The translations under genes were made by a program, and so were the position numbers. A DNA stretch of 64,000 nucleotides from Octopus bimaculoides (taxonomy: Eukaryota), in NCBI RefSeq assembly GCF_001194135.2, contig NC_069000.1, positions 28,203,104 through 28,267,103 of the forward strand, written 5' to 3'. The notes under the pieces are model-generated. The model searched no databases and was not told the origin of the DNA. It saw only the letters and a program-made list of their open reading frames with translations. Positions 46,500-59,121 of the stretch are shown in pieces. Each line of letters opens with the position of its first letter. The first letter of the stretch is position 1.

Positions 46500-47213
46500 T
46501 CACTGCAATCCACACTCCCTGCTTGCACCTTCTTGACAACACCTGACTGTGTATATTACAACCTTCGTGTCTCTCTTTTCTTTACTCCACCATCACATCT
46601 ATGTTCTGATCCTTGTTACTTGTGAGTATACCCAGGCACTTCACCATCTCTCTCCAGCTCTCTCTTACACTTTTGTTGTTTCCTACTCTCTCTCTCTTTC
46701 CCCTGGCTGGGTAACCATGTACCTCCTCTATAGCAAGACACCTATTTCTGTTACTCTCTAACCTTTCATCATCTGAAATCAGATCATCTCCCCCAATGCC
46801 GTCTCCATTATAGCAAGACACCTGTTTCTGCATCTGTCTCTTTGTCACCCTCTAACTCTGACATGACTTCCCCTCCCCAAATGCACCTTCCCCTCTCATA
46901 ATTCCTTGTCTTGCGAGTTACTTGGTGACCCTGCCAGTACTGGTTCCACATAAAAAGTATCCAGTCCACACTGTAAAGTGGTTGGCATTTGGAAGGGTAT
47001 CCAGCTGTAAAAATCATGCCAAAACTAATCTCGCCTGTGCTAGTACCATGTAAAAAGTACACCAACACCAACCACTCTGCAGAGTCATTGGTGTTAGTTA
47101 GGGCATCCAGCCATAAAAACCCTACCAAAATAGACACAATAGTATAGGGTAGTTTTTTGACCTGGCCAGCTCCTGTGAACCATCATGGAAGATGGACATT
47201 AAACGATGATGAT
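46500..47213 (+). mobile_element. RTE LINE 3' region in opposite orientation
   Basis: gggcatccagcc...ggacattaaacgatgatgat tail, the reverse complement of the 43750 tail. Confidence 0.75.
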
Positions 47214-47577
47214 AATCTTTAGAAATTAGGAAAACAAAGATCACCATCAACATGAATAAAAGGGATAAAAAAAGGAAAAAGACAGAGGATCAAGCACCAG
47301 CAATAAGTCTGCTACTGAGTTTAGGTTCTCAGTTATATCATTTCACTAAACTTGTATTAATCAGATGTATTTGAAAAGGTCATGAATAACGCACTTCTAA
47401 TTTCCTTCTTTTTCAAAGTTCTTAGTTTTCATGCCTACCTGTAGAAATCATTGAAAAACCATTGCAATGTATCCTATCTGAAATCATATGACAAACTCGT
47501 AAACATGAATGAAAAACAGAACATTACAATTTGTTTTTAAATTATTTGAAAAGAAAGCCATAAAAAAAAATTGTTAC

Positions 47578-47653
47578 TGTTTTGTCTCTTCTTCCTCTTC
47601 CTCTTCCTCATCATCCTTTTCATCCTCTTCCTCTTCCTCATCATCCTTTTCAT
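47578..47653 (-). CDS. LEM protein, acidic exon
   Basis: Acceptor ttttttttttgtttgttttttttAG, donor CA|GTAACA; phase 1 in, 2 out; DEKDDEEEEEDEKDDEEEEEEETK. Confidence 0.8.
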
Positions 47654-48479
47654 CTAAAAAAAACAAACAAAAAAAAACATCTTTTCAGCAAAACCAAATT
47701 CTAATCAAGATATCCAATGTTTTCTATAATAAAATAAAAATTAACCATCATCAATATAATATAGAAATATGGAACAATAAATTTGTAGCATATTTTTCAA
47801 ATGTTGGGTTTTACAAAATAAAATGTTCTCTAACTTAATGTCATCAAATAAGGCATGGAAAAGTCAGTTCAAAAGCTATGATATTGTGCCGACCCCAAAA
47901 TTGCATTAACCTTTTTGCAATCATATTTCTATTGAAATACACCATCCTGTTTCAATTAATTTTGAAAATAACAAATTTGATGGAATATTTTAATTTAGAT
48001 CCACTTAAAGTGGTTTGTATTATAGAACCAGAGGTGGTCTTAGGTAGTAAAAAGGTAAAATGTGAAACCATCTCAAGCTTAAATCTAACTCATGTTGCAT
48101 GTTTGGCATGCTGAAATTTTGCCATCACCTGTAATGCTTGCAATTTTGGTGTAATTATAAAAAGATAACAATTACATTTAGATTGAAAGAGCCAAGGATC
48201 CAAAGTACAAAATCCCAATGCATCATATATTATTTTATAGAAGAAAGTTGTAAGTAAACAATGAACACACAAAAGTCAAAGGGAATCTCTAACAGAAAAC
48301 TAGAATTCCACAAAAATAATTAGCAGAATAGACACCCATAAAATAATATATTGTGCTGAATCAAAAGTCTGTACTGTTTTTCAATTGGTGGCATTGAAAC
48401 GCATTTACATTTCTCAGGTGACAGAAGCATATGACATATTTTCTGAAAGGGGGGTATTTCAACACATCTTTCTATACTA

Positions 48480-49590
48480 TTGTATGGATAGTTTACTTTT
48501 ATTGTTTTTAAGTTAAAATAGGAGAAAATGAGACACAATTTCATCATTTGAAGCTCTTATTACTGGAAAGGAAAACATGTTGTGCTAACAAGATATGTGC
48601 AACTTATGGAGATGGTGCAATAACTGAGAAGACCAAGCAGTTTGCTAGGTTTAGGGGAATAAATTTTAATTTTGAAAAAAATGAATATTCTGGCAGGCCT
48701 ACAGTCATTAATGATATCCAGATTGAAATGCTAGTTGAAAATAATCCGGACCACATGACACATCACTGAGATCCTCCACACATCTCATATGAGTGTTATA
48801 AGGTATTTAAAAACACGTGGATACATGAATCACTAAGAGGTTTAGGTGCCTCATAATTTAACAAAAAAAAATTTAATGGAATGCAGTTCCATCTGTGATT
48901 CTCTGCCCAAACTCAACAAAAGCCTATTTTTGTAGAAAGGGGGAGGGGGAACAGGTATTGGAAAATGGTTTGTTTACAATAATGTGGAACAAAATAGTCC
49001 TGGAGAAAATAAAAGGAACTACCTTCAATCAATCCTAAAGCTGGACACTAATCCAAAGGAGGTGACACTCTGTATTTAATGGGATTGGAAAGGCACTGTG
49101 TATTACAAACTACTTCTGCAAAATCAGACATTGAACAATTAGTTTCCAATTAAGCTGCTTAAATGAAGCATTCTAATGAAAAAAATCCAGAATTGGTCAA
49201 TCAGAGGGTGTCACTTTCCTTCAGGTCAATGCTAGTCCTGTTCCTTTGCAGATCTGACAGAAATCAGTACAGCTTGGCTGGAATGTCCTACCACACCCAT
49301 CATACTCACTTAATCTTGCACGTTCAGACTATCATTTATTTCCATCTGTACAAAATTCTCTAATGAGAAGAACTTCAATTCTTCAGAAGACTGTAAAAAC
49401 CACTTAGGCAAGTTCATGACCAAGAAAGATGCCAAGTTCTAGAAGGATGGGATCATGAAACTGCCTCAAAGACAGTGACAGGTAGTGGAACAAAATGGGA
49501 AATCTATGGTTGAATAAAGCTACATACAAATGTCTAAATGTTGTTTTTAAACTTTACTTAAAAAACAGTATACACTTTTGTTCCAAGCCA
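48480..49590 (+). mobile_element. Decayed mariner transposon
   Basis: ICATYGDGAIT, YSGRP, WVPHNL-like region, HTPYTxNLAxSD-like motif; TIR-like ...ttttgttccaagccaata end. Confidence 0.75.
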
Positions 49591-49684
49591 ATACATCAAC
49601 TTCTTAGTTTAGTAGATATAATTGAAAATTCTGTAATTAATGCTGAGAATAGATGTAATGAGAGAATGAAAGCTAGCATATTTT

Positions 49685-50038
49685 ATTCATTTATTCTTTT
49701 ACATGTTTCAGTCATTTGAATGCGGCCATGCTGGAGTACCGCCTTTAGTCAACTTCATTGTAAGCCTTAGTACTTATTCTATTGCTCTCTTTTGCCGAAC
49801 CGCTAAGTTACAGGGATGTAAACACAGCAACATTGGTTGTCAAGCAATTTTGAGGGGACAAACACAGACACACATACATATGGCGGGCTTCTTTCAGTTT
49901 CCATCTACCAAATCCACTCACAAAGCTTTGGTCGGCCCGAAGCTATAGTAGAAGACACTTGCCCAAGGTGCCACACACTGAACCCAGAACCATGTGGTTG
50001 ATAAGGAAGCTACTTACCACATAGCCACACCTGTGCCT
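49685..50038 (-). mobile_element. CORE-type SINE family A
   Basis: High identity to 8051-8450. Confidence 0.9.
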
Positions 50039-50897
50039 ATAGAAGAAAATTCATAGACCTTTATCGTTACCACCTCTGGTGATGACAATACAAACCACTC
50101 ATATGCACAGAGCAGTATGAAGTATGTATAAAAAAGTGGTGCTACATCATAATGAGGTAGGGTTACTGTCAAAATAGGCAGAGATTGGGAAGAAATGAAC
50201 TGAGCTTTATATGTTGGATGTATAAAGCTATCCATCTTGAAGAGCAGAGTTCAAATTAGCTTAAACAGTAGTTGCACAATATAAATATAAGTAGATGTAT
50301 ACTAGAGATGTGACTATACTGGTACAGACATCTGATGCAGAGTGGAAAAGGTGTGTTGACAGTCTAAGGAACCAATGATAGAAAATATGAACATAAATAG
50401 TGAAACTGATGGGTATCACAGAAAGATTGTTGTTTAACCCCCAAGTTAGACCGTAATAAGCAGACCTATTATTAAAGATGTTCCAGCTGTGACAATTCTC
50501 TCTCCACCTTCCCCACTTATGTTTTCTAATATAACACTCCCTTCTTTACAGATAGAATAGGCTGGTGGAAATTTGGTTGCTAATCTTATCAGGTTAAGCA
50601 ATCATGAAATGGCACCATGCTGTATGGTAACTTTATTTACCGGTTTCAGATTTAGAAAAATTGGGTGGGGTGGCGGTGGGGCTCAGTGATTTTAGAATAG
50701 TATAAGTTAACTAACTCCCAAATTCAAAGGGGATTCTTTATTCTAACACTTAAATGCATTTAAACAGATATGTCCAATTCTCCATTGCTCTAGTCATTCA
50801 AACCAACAAAGGAATTTCTATGTAGTCGCTCAACATGCTATAAATAGCAGCCAAATCTACATCAAATCACAGTTGAGAGAAAATAAAGATTAATTAC

Positions 50898-50972
50898 CAG
50901 AAAATAATGTTATAGCCGGTAATTGTTGCCACAACCGTGCTAGCTTTCTTTCATACAGTTTCCGAGTGGTTT
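50898..50972 (-). CDS. LEM protein, exon encoding the second helix of the LEM domain
   Basis: Acceptor tttttttatgtgttatttttcAG, donor TG|GTAATT; 75 nt, phase 1-1; (K)TTRKLYERKLARLWQQLPAITLFS. Confidence 0.92.
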
Positions 50973-51129
50973 CTGAAAAATAACACATAAAAAAATTTAC
51001 TTTAAAAGGAAATACATACAATACATGGTAATGCCTCATAATCTCTACTAGAGTTGAACAGGCTTATATAATCAAAGGCATTCCAGCTGTGAACAACTTG
51101 GCTTTTTCAGATGTGCAAGAAAAATAGGA

Positions 51130-54100
51130 CATCATTCATCATAATTATTTAATCTCTGTTGTCCATGCTGGCATGGGTTGGAAAACTGGAAGGTTGCACC
51201 AGACTCCAGTGTGATTTAGCAAGATTTCTATGCCTAGATTCCCTTCGTAATGCCAATCACTTTGAGAGTGTAATGGGTGTTTTTATGTGCCACAGGCACA
51301 GGTGCAATTTGCATGCCACCAGTATCTGCAGTGACTGATTTTACTTGGCTTGATGGGTCTTCTCAAGCACAGCATAATGCCAAAGGGCTCGGTCATTTGT
51401 AATTGTCTCTGTGAGGCGCAATACTCAAAAGGTGCTTTTCATGTGCCACTGGCATCAGCCACCTTGCCTCTGTGAGACTCAATGCTCCTAAGGGGCTTTT
51501 TGTGTGCTACTGGCACAGGTGCCAGTTATGTGACACCAACATCGGCCATGACTACAATTTCACTTGGCTTGACAGGTCCTCTCAAGCACAGCATATTGCC
51601 AAAGGTTTCAGTTACTGGTTATTACCACCATGAGGCCCGAAGTTTGAACATCATGCTTCACCACCTCGTCCCATGTCTTCCTGCGTCTACCTCAGCCACA
51701 GGTTCCCTCCACAGTTAGAGAATGGCACTTCTTTACAAAGTTGCCCATGTCCATATATATCACATGACCATACCAGCACAGTCATCTCTCTTGCATACCA
51801 CATCTGATACCTCTTATGCCCAACTTTTCTCTCAAGATGTTTAAACTCTGTCATACAAGTACACTGACATTGCACATCCAGCGAAACATACTGGCTTCAT
51901 TTCTTTCAAGCCTACATGTGTCCTCAGCTGTCACAGCCCATGTTTCACTGCCATGTAGCATAGCTGTTCAGATACAGGCATCATACAATCTGCCTTTCCC
52001 TCTGAGGGAGAGACCATTTGTTGCCAGCAGAGGTAGGAGCTCTCTGAACTTTGCCAAGCCTCTTCTTATTCTCACAGCTACAGTCTCATAGGATCCACCT
52101 CCGCTACTAACTTGGTCACCTAGAAAACGAAGCTGTCTACTACCTCTAACTCACTCCCCACCCCTAGCAGTTGATGGAGTCTATTTTCTGTATATTCTCT
52201 GTGTTTATTGTACTTGTGTATCTTCCACACACTAAAGCTATTTTCTCTGTTAACCTTCCTCTGATACTGCTGCACCTCTTATGTGTGCATAGTTTCTCCC
52301 TATGCCTTTTCTATAGACTGAGCAGGGTCATCTACCTGAAGGGATTTGTGATTTGTCTGCCTTCCTACTTACTAAGATTTTGGTTTTTACTTGGTTAACT
52401 CTAAGGCCCTTCAATTCTAGTCCTTGCTTCCATACACCTGAAACTTCTCTAGTTCTTGTAGTGATTCAGCTATAAGAACAAAGTCATCAGCATAGAGAAG
52501 ATCGCAGGAACAGCCTGTCTTCAATCCCTCTGTTATTGCCTGGGGGATTACGATGAAGAGAGTGTGGGGGTGAGGACCAATCCTTGGTGAACCCCTACTT
52601 CTACCCTGAATTCTTTGCTCACCTTAGTGACAGCACATGACTTGTATAACTCTAACCACCCACTTGTCTATCCCCGCATTGACCACCAGATAAGGGATCG
52701 GGGGACCCTGTCAAAGGCTTTCACCAAGTCAACAAAAGCCAAGTACAGAGGTTTATCTTTGGCTATGTATTTTTCCTGCAGCTGCCTTACCAGAAATATA
52801 GCATCAGTGGTGCTTCTCCCTGGCACAAAACCAAACTGCATCTCATCTAGACTAACTCTCTCCCTAATTAGTTGGGCTATGACCTGCTCTGTAACTTTCA
52901 TCACCTGATCCAATGATTTGATACCTCTAATTATTTCTAAGGCACCACCTTTACCTTTGTAGCAGTTTTTTATGGTGCTGCTACATAAGTTATTGTGTAT
53001 GACTCCTTCATGTACCACCTGATTTACAATATGGGTGACTAGAACATAACCCACACTGCCAGGTATTTTAAGTATCTCAGTGGTGATCCTTGATGGGCCA
53101 GGGGCTTTCCCCGTCTTCATATCCTTAATTGCATTATGTACCAAGGTACTCTCAATTCAGATAGCTGGTCCCTCAGTGGGGGCAATATCTGGCAGACTCT
53201 CTTCCTTCCATTCATTCTCTACATTCAGCAGTCTTTCAGAATGGCATTTCCAAGCCTCTTTTTTTTTTTACAGAATCATTAAATGCAAGTGAGCCATCAT
53301 CCACAGATACATTTCTCTCCTATGACATCACAATTTTCTATCACACACTATCTTGCAATCCAAAACACTTCAAGTCTTTGGTCCTCACATAGGCAAACTT
53401 CTTTTCTGCTTCTTCCCTGGCTAGATATACTTGCCTCCTAGCTTCCCTTCTGGCTATCTGATACAGTTCCCTGCTATCCAGGCCTGTTTCTTTGTTCTAA
53501 TGGCCTTATCTCCAGCATCATTCCACAACCACGTCACCCTAGGTCTAGATGAGACTTTGCACCATTGGTCTGTGGCACTGAGCAAGCTGCCCCACAAGAA
53601 TTCCCAGTTGCCCTCAATGTTACAAGTCTGTAGCTCCTCATCAAATTTCTCAATCAGGATGTCCCTAAATCCCTGACCATGTGAAGGATCCTTAAGCTGC
53701 AAAATTTTTTTCCAGATTGGTCTGCTTCTTGACACCCTTCTGGCCTGGACGCTAAAGTCACTAATGACTAGTCTATGCTGGGGAGTACATTCTTCACCAG
53801 GGAAGGTCTTTGTATTCAGGAGCAACCATGCATCTCACTGTCTGGTGAGAATGTAATCGATCTGGCTAGCATTGTCACTTGATTGGTAGGCTATCAGGTG
53901 GCTAACTGGCTTCCTGAAGTTGATGTTGCAGATTAATAGGTTATTCACATCACAAAATTCCAGTAGCCTTGTCCCCTCTTCGTTTTGGAAATCAATTCCA
54001 TGGCCTCTGTGTACACCATGGAAGATACCAGGCTGCTGCCTGACATCCTCATTGAAATCCCCAGCCATGAACAAGATATCATTGTCGTTTGTCGTTGAGG

Positions 54101-54560
54101 TAGCCTGCAGAAGAATATCATAAAAGTGGTCCTTTTGTTCATTTGGTAGGCCCACTTGTGGGGAGGGTGCGTAGACAGAGATAATTGTCATTATACTATA
54201 CTGCAAGACTAGCCTGAGCTTAAGTACTCTATCACATACTTTGACTACCTATATGACCTTATCCACCCATTTCTCTGCAAGAAGTATGCCCACACCACCT
54301 ACCCCGTTACGTTCCCAGATTTTATACCTATGTGCTTTGCCGGTGAGGAACCTGGCTGAAGCTCCTCTCCACCTTACCTCTTGAATGTAACGTACATCAA
54401 CATGCCTCTGTTCAAGCATCTCAACAATCTTGCTAGACCTACCTTTCACTGTGCCTATATTGACAGTGCCCACTCTGAAAACTGGGAAAAGGATGTGGGA
54501 GGGAATATGGGAAGGGGAGTACCTGAAAAGAAGGTCACATCAGCTGTTCTCGCTCTAACC
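51130..54560 (-). mobile_element. Near full-length decayed RTE LINE (APE + RT + 3' UTR)
   Basis: MGTVNIGT..IQEVRW, ISVYAP, MAGDFN, SQIDYIL, EECTPQHRLV, QFGFVPGRSTTDAIF, LYADD near 52490; many stops. Confidence 0.92.
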
Positions 54561-54934
54561 TACCATCATTCAAACATGTTAAAATTGTTACCCCCAATTG
54601 GGAAGGAGTGTAATGTAAGCATTGTAAATATAAGTGTTATGAGCATTGTAAATATAAGCGTTATTGCTGCAAACATAAATAGGTTAATGTTGAAATTAAG
54701 TGAGCCGCTATTGGTTAGTCCATTATATTAGAGAGAAAGGGGTAGGTGGTTTGTTAATTTACTAAGTAATACATCTTTTTTTGGCACATGCAGTAGAGTG
54801 GATGATTGTTGGAGTGGGGTGGAGCTATGCAAGTCTTCTGATACAGAAATGAGGCAGAGCCTTGTAGGGGTTTCCAGTATAGGTGGTGAGGGCAGGAATG
54901 AGTGGGTGCATTGCGGACAAGTAATGGCCAACTT

Positions 54935-55456
54935 CACCTCATGAAACAGCAGTCACGATAGAAAGACACTAGTGATGCAGAGAGAGAGAAACTTGAAAGA
55001 CTTTATTGCTGGAGAAATCATGGCTAGTATGAGAAAGACATAAGTTATAAAACAAAGTGAGAAGGTTTACAAATTTTAGAGAGAGAGAGGGAGAGATCTC
55101 TGGGGAAATCCTGGCAAAGTATGGAAACATGTCGGTTAGTATTATGAGTTAGGTGAATGAATGAATGATGAGCGATTAAAATTAGATAAATTTTTTTAGC
55201 TTAGCTGGTCATTTCACATGGAATAATAGTGTCAGCAGCAGAACAAGTAATGTGAAATTTGAAAAACCATGTGCGAAAGGCTTTTTATAATCTCCAGATG
55301 GAAGCGGCCAATTAAAAGACCAGCTCCACCTCAAGAAATAGCAGCCATGATAGAAAGACACTAGTGAGTCAGAGAGAAATAGAGAGACTTTATCATTGGA
55401 GAAATAATGGCAAGTATGAGAAAAAAAGACGAGAATGTTTACAAATGTTAGAGAGA
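54935..55456. repeat. Diverged direct repeat pair (~140 bp, period ~390 bp)
   Basis: cacctc..gatagaaagacactagtga..agagaga..gacttt..tggagaaat..agtatgagaaa..tttacaaat.ttagagaga at 54935-55085 and 55327-55456. Confidence 0.75.
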
Positions 55457-55544
55457 TTTTTCTTCAGATAATAGATTGCGATTTGCTCTTTATTTTTATC
55501 AGGTCAAAGAAACATAGAGAGGTTCACTCACTGGCTGATAATAC

Positions 55545-56100
55545 CCTCTGATGGTCTCTCAAAGTGATTCCACATATATTACTTATATGAGAGGCACAGA
55601 GATGACTGTGCAGTTAAAAAGTGTCTTGCAACTACATGGTATTCATGACATGGTTTTCTACAAATCAGAAACTGTGCAAAGATCATGTATCATTATCCAC
55701 ATCATCCAGCAGAGCATGCTAGCTTCATTTCTTTCTAGTTTTGCATGTCCTCTGCATTCGCTGTCAAAGTTTCACAACCACACAGCATTGCTGTTCGTAT
55801 GCTGGCATCATACAATCTGCCATTCACTCTGGGAGAAAGGCTTTTTGTTGCTAACAGGAGTAATAGTTTTCTCAACTTTCTCCAGCCAGTTTTTACTCTA
55901 GCAACTATAGTTTCAGCACATCCTCACCTCCTGCTAATTATTACCAAGGTACAGAAGCTGTCTACTCCCTCTACAGATCCTTCTAGGCGTTGCCGAAAAA
56001 TATATTTCCCACATGCTCTTTGTATTTATTGCACCTATGCATCTGCCATGAAATCTACTTTCTCTGCTAAACTTCCTGTGAATCTACTACACCTCTTGTA
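55545..56100 (-). mobile_element. RTE LINE C-terminal fragment
   Basis: Homologous to 44330-44800 and 51760-52300. Confidence 0.75.
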
Positions 56101-56112
56101 TGATTTAATTTG

Positions 56113-56450
56113 CACCAACCACATGGTTCCGGGTTCAGTCCCACTGTGTGGCACCTTGGGCAAGTGTCTTCTACTATAGCCTTGGGCCAACCAAAGCCTT
56201 CTGAGTGGATTTGGTAGACGGAAACTGAAAGAAGCCCGTCGTATATATGTATGTGTTTGTGTTTGTCCCCCCATCATCGCTTGACAACCGATGCTGGTGT
56301 GTTTACATCCCCGTAACTTAGCAGTTCGGCAAAAAGAGACTGATAGAATAAGTACTAGGCTTCCAAAGAATAAGTCCTGGGGTCGATTTGCTCGACTAAA
56401 GGCGGTGCTCCAGCATGGCTGCAGTCAAATGATTGAAACAAGTAAAAGAG
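56113..56450 (+). mobile_element. CORE-type SINE family A
   Basis: High identity to the other family A copies. Confidence 0.9.
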
Positions 56451-56599
56451 TATTGAACAGGGTTGATTATCTAAAGAGATTAGTGTTCTGTCTGTTTTCC
56501 TGCTAACTAGAACTTTGGTCTTTGCTAAATTAACTTTAAGACCCTTTAATGACAGGCTTTATGTCCACATCTGGACTTTTATTTCTACAGTTTCAGTTT

Positions 56600-57850
56600 C
56601 GAGGGTGGGATGAAAAGTTCATAGGCTGACTATGAAGGAGTGATGGAACTGTGAAATCTTGAATGCATTAAATTTCAACTCTACTTATTAATAACTGCAC
56701 TGTTTCTTTCCAGTTAAAATGACAACAGACTGTTCAAAAACTTCAAAAGTAACTAGTAGAGACTTCTTTTGAAAATGGACAAAAATTTGCACTGTGATGT
56801 TATCAAGTACCGACAGAAAATGGGTTTAGTCTCCAAGGACAGACATGCTGGCATAGTTGCTACATTAGGGGATGACAACAGTTCAAAAATGGGCAGCTGA
56901 ATTTAGGATGGGAATAGAATCTTGAAGGTGACCCAAGGTCTGGATGTCCTACAACTTCCACCACCAACATAAACATTGATCATGTTCACCACATGGTGAA
57001 GGATGACAGGTGATTGTCTATAAAGCAAATAGCCAATGCTTTTATTATATCCCATGATATGATAGAGTTGAGAATATTCTAACTTGGCATGACAAAGGTT
57101 TCTACTTGGTGGGTACTACATCTTCTGATGCCTGATCACATCATCAGAAAATTTGGTATTGTTTGAAGCAGATCCAGCTGGTTTCCTTGAACGTTTCCTA
57201 AAGCCAGGATGAGTGTTGGGTTCATCACTTTAACCCAGAGATAAAGAGACAATCCATGCAATGCAGACACCCCTCCTCACTTGCTCCAAAGAAGGCCATA
57301 TTTGTTTCATTTGCAGGGAAGGTGATGGCCTCAGTTTTTTAGGATGCAAAAGGCATTGTGCTTATTGGCTATCTGCAAAATGACCACACCATCAATGGAG
57401 AGTACTATGCCAACTTGTTGGGGCAGTAACAAAAGGCTATCAAGACCAAATGGCCAGGAATACTGATGAAAGGGTCTTGCTTCTTCAAGACAATGCTACA
57501 GCATACAAGTCTTTGTTTTCAATGGCTGCTGTGTGTGACTGTGGCTTTGAATTAGTTGATCACCCTGCCTATTCTCCTGATTTGGCCCCATCTGACTACC
57601 ATCTGTTCTCTAACATGAAAAAATACTTGGCTGGGAGCCAATATCGCAGTGATGATGATGTCATATCTGCTATTGATGACTTTTTTGTCCAATAAGATGA
57701 AAGCTTCTTCACCAATGGGATCCAAGCACAGCAACACCAACAGAAGAAATGTGTGGACCACAAGGGTGACTATGTTGAAAAATAAACCTTATTTGGTCAT
57801 ATTCAAAGAGAGTATCTTGGTCAACCTAAGAACTTTCCAGCCAACCCTTG
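56600..57850 (+). mobile_element. Full-length decayed mariner, irritans (Himar1/Hsmar2-like) type
   Basis: TIRs CGAGGGTGGGATGAAAAGTTC / GAACTTTCCAGCCAACCCTTG|TA; DECWVHHFNPEIKRQSM, LLQDNA, HPAYSPDLAPSDYHLF. Confidence 0.9.
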
Positions 57851-57879
57851 TATAAGAACAATGTCATCAGTATACAGCT

Positions 57880-58560
57880 CCCATGGATAGCCAGTCTTAA
57901 ATTTCTCTGTTATGGCCTAGATTGGATAAATAGGAAGAGACTGATAGTTGAATCTTGATGAACTCCAACACACACAATAAAGTCATCATAGTACTCATTA
58001 TCAACTCTGTACATGACTTGAATAGCTCTCACGAGTCATTCATTTACTACTTTCACAGCAACTACCAGATGAGGGAGTGAGACACTTTTAGTGGCTTTCT
58101 CCAAGTTGACAAATACCAAGTACAGCAGTTTGCTCTTTGCTAAATGATAAAAAAGAGCATCTGTAGTGTTTCTCTCCAGCACAAAATCAAGCTGCATCTC
58201 ATCTAGATTTACTTTCTTTTTAATTAATTAAGCTATGACTCTTCCACTGACTTTCATAACCTGGTCCAGTAATTTGATACATCTGTAATTACTTCTCATA
58301 AGGCAACTCTTATACCCTTGTAACAATTGACTGTAATGCTGTTACACTATTTGTTGGATATACCTTCCTGAACAACCTGATTGACTAACAGGTGATTAGG
58401 CAGTATTGTACTCTGCTTGATATTTTAAACATCTCATTAGGTACTCCTCGAGAACCAAGGCCTTTCCCTCATCTTCACATTCTCAATTGAATCCCACACT
58501 GCTGCCAACAAGACTGGGTGGACCCTCTGTCAAGTTCACATTAGGAAGACTACTTCCCTT
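57880..58560 (-). mobile_element. Old RTE RT-domain fragment
   Basis: LDEMQLDF, LVFVNLEKA-like pieces on minus. Confidence 0.65.
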
Positions 58561-58714
58561 ACTAAATAGACCAGTTTTTTCTAAGTCATTGACCTTGAGT
58601 TGGTTTCCAGTATTTGATTTCTCTCACTGAGGTCTTTTATTTTATGTGCGACTAAAAAGCAATCCAGGAATAAAGAAACTATACTGAATAAAAGTTGCTA
58701 CACATAACTTGTAG

Positions 58715-58776
58715 TGACGTCATTTGGCGCCAAGGTACAGTCGCCATTACTGCGTTTTTATCCACGCATGCGTGGA
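58715..58776. promoter_or_regulatory. Promoter-like motif cluster in a CpG-enriched patch
   Basis: TGACGTCA (58715-22), TTTGGCGCCAA (58723-33), CGCCATT (58742-48), perfect 16-bp palindrome TCCACGCATGCGTGGA (58761-76). Confidence 0.6.
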
Positions 58777-59051
58777 ATTCAACATCTAAACGTTCCCGCT
58801 TTTTTCATCCTCTTTCTCGGCTGGCCGGCCATTCCAACTCTGGGGACAGCTCAATCTACATTCCAACGTCTCAGCAACCAGTTTAAGGCTGCCTATTTTC
58901 CTCCATAAATAAATATTGTTGTGTTGATAGTACAGAGTTCTGCGTTCCGTTATTGTTTAGAATTTAATATAGGAAAGCGGGTGTACACCTAATGGTGTAT
59001 AACCACTTTCCTATAAACTCTATGTCTGCTTGTTTATTAACCTCTTTACAG

Positions 59052-59121
59052 AGTGAGAAACACAAAGAAGACAGACATGTGATAAAATTACTTAGCAATC
59101 TGAGACAAGTGTGTAGCCAAG
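59052..59121 (+). other. Candidate exon of an antisense/nested transcript
   Basis: Acceptor ttaacctctttacAG, donor CAAG|GTAATG; open as SEKHKEDRHVIKLLSNLRQVCSQ; ~280 nt downstream of the motif cluster. Confidence 0.35.

Noticed and set aside
47509-47838. Poly-Ser ORF on +
   Set aside because: Antisense of the Asp/Glu exon of the LEM gene.
58695-58908. Short ORFs, or a Pol III snRNA ending at the T-run near 58800
   Set aside because: No recognisable protein, and no match to U6, U6atac, 7SK, 7SL or 5S sequences as I know them; a promoter reading fits better.
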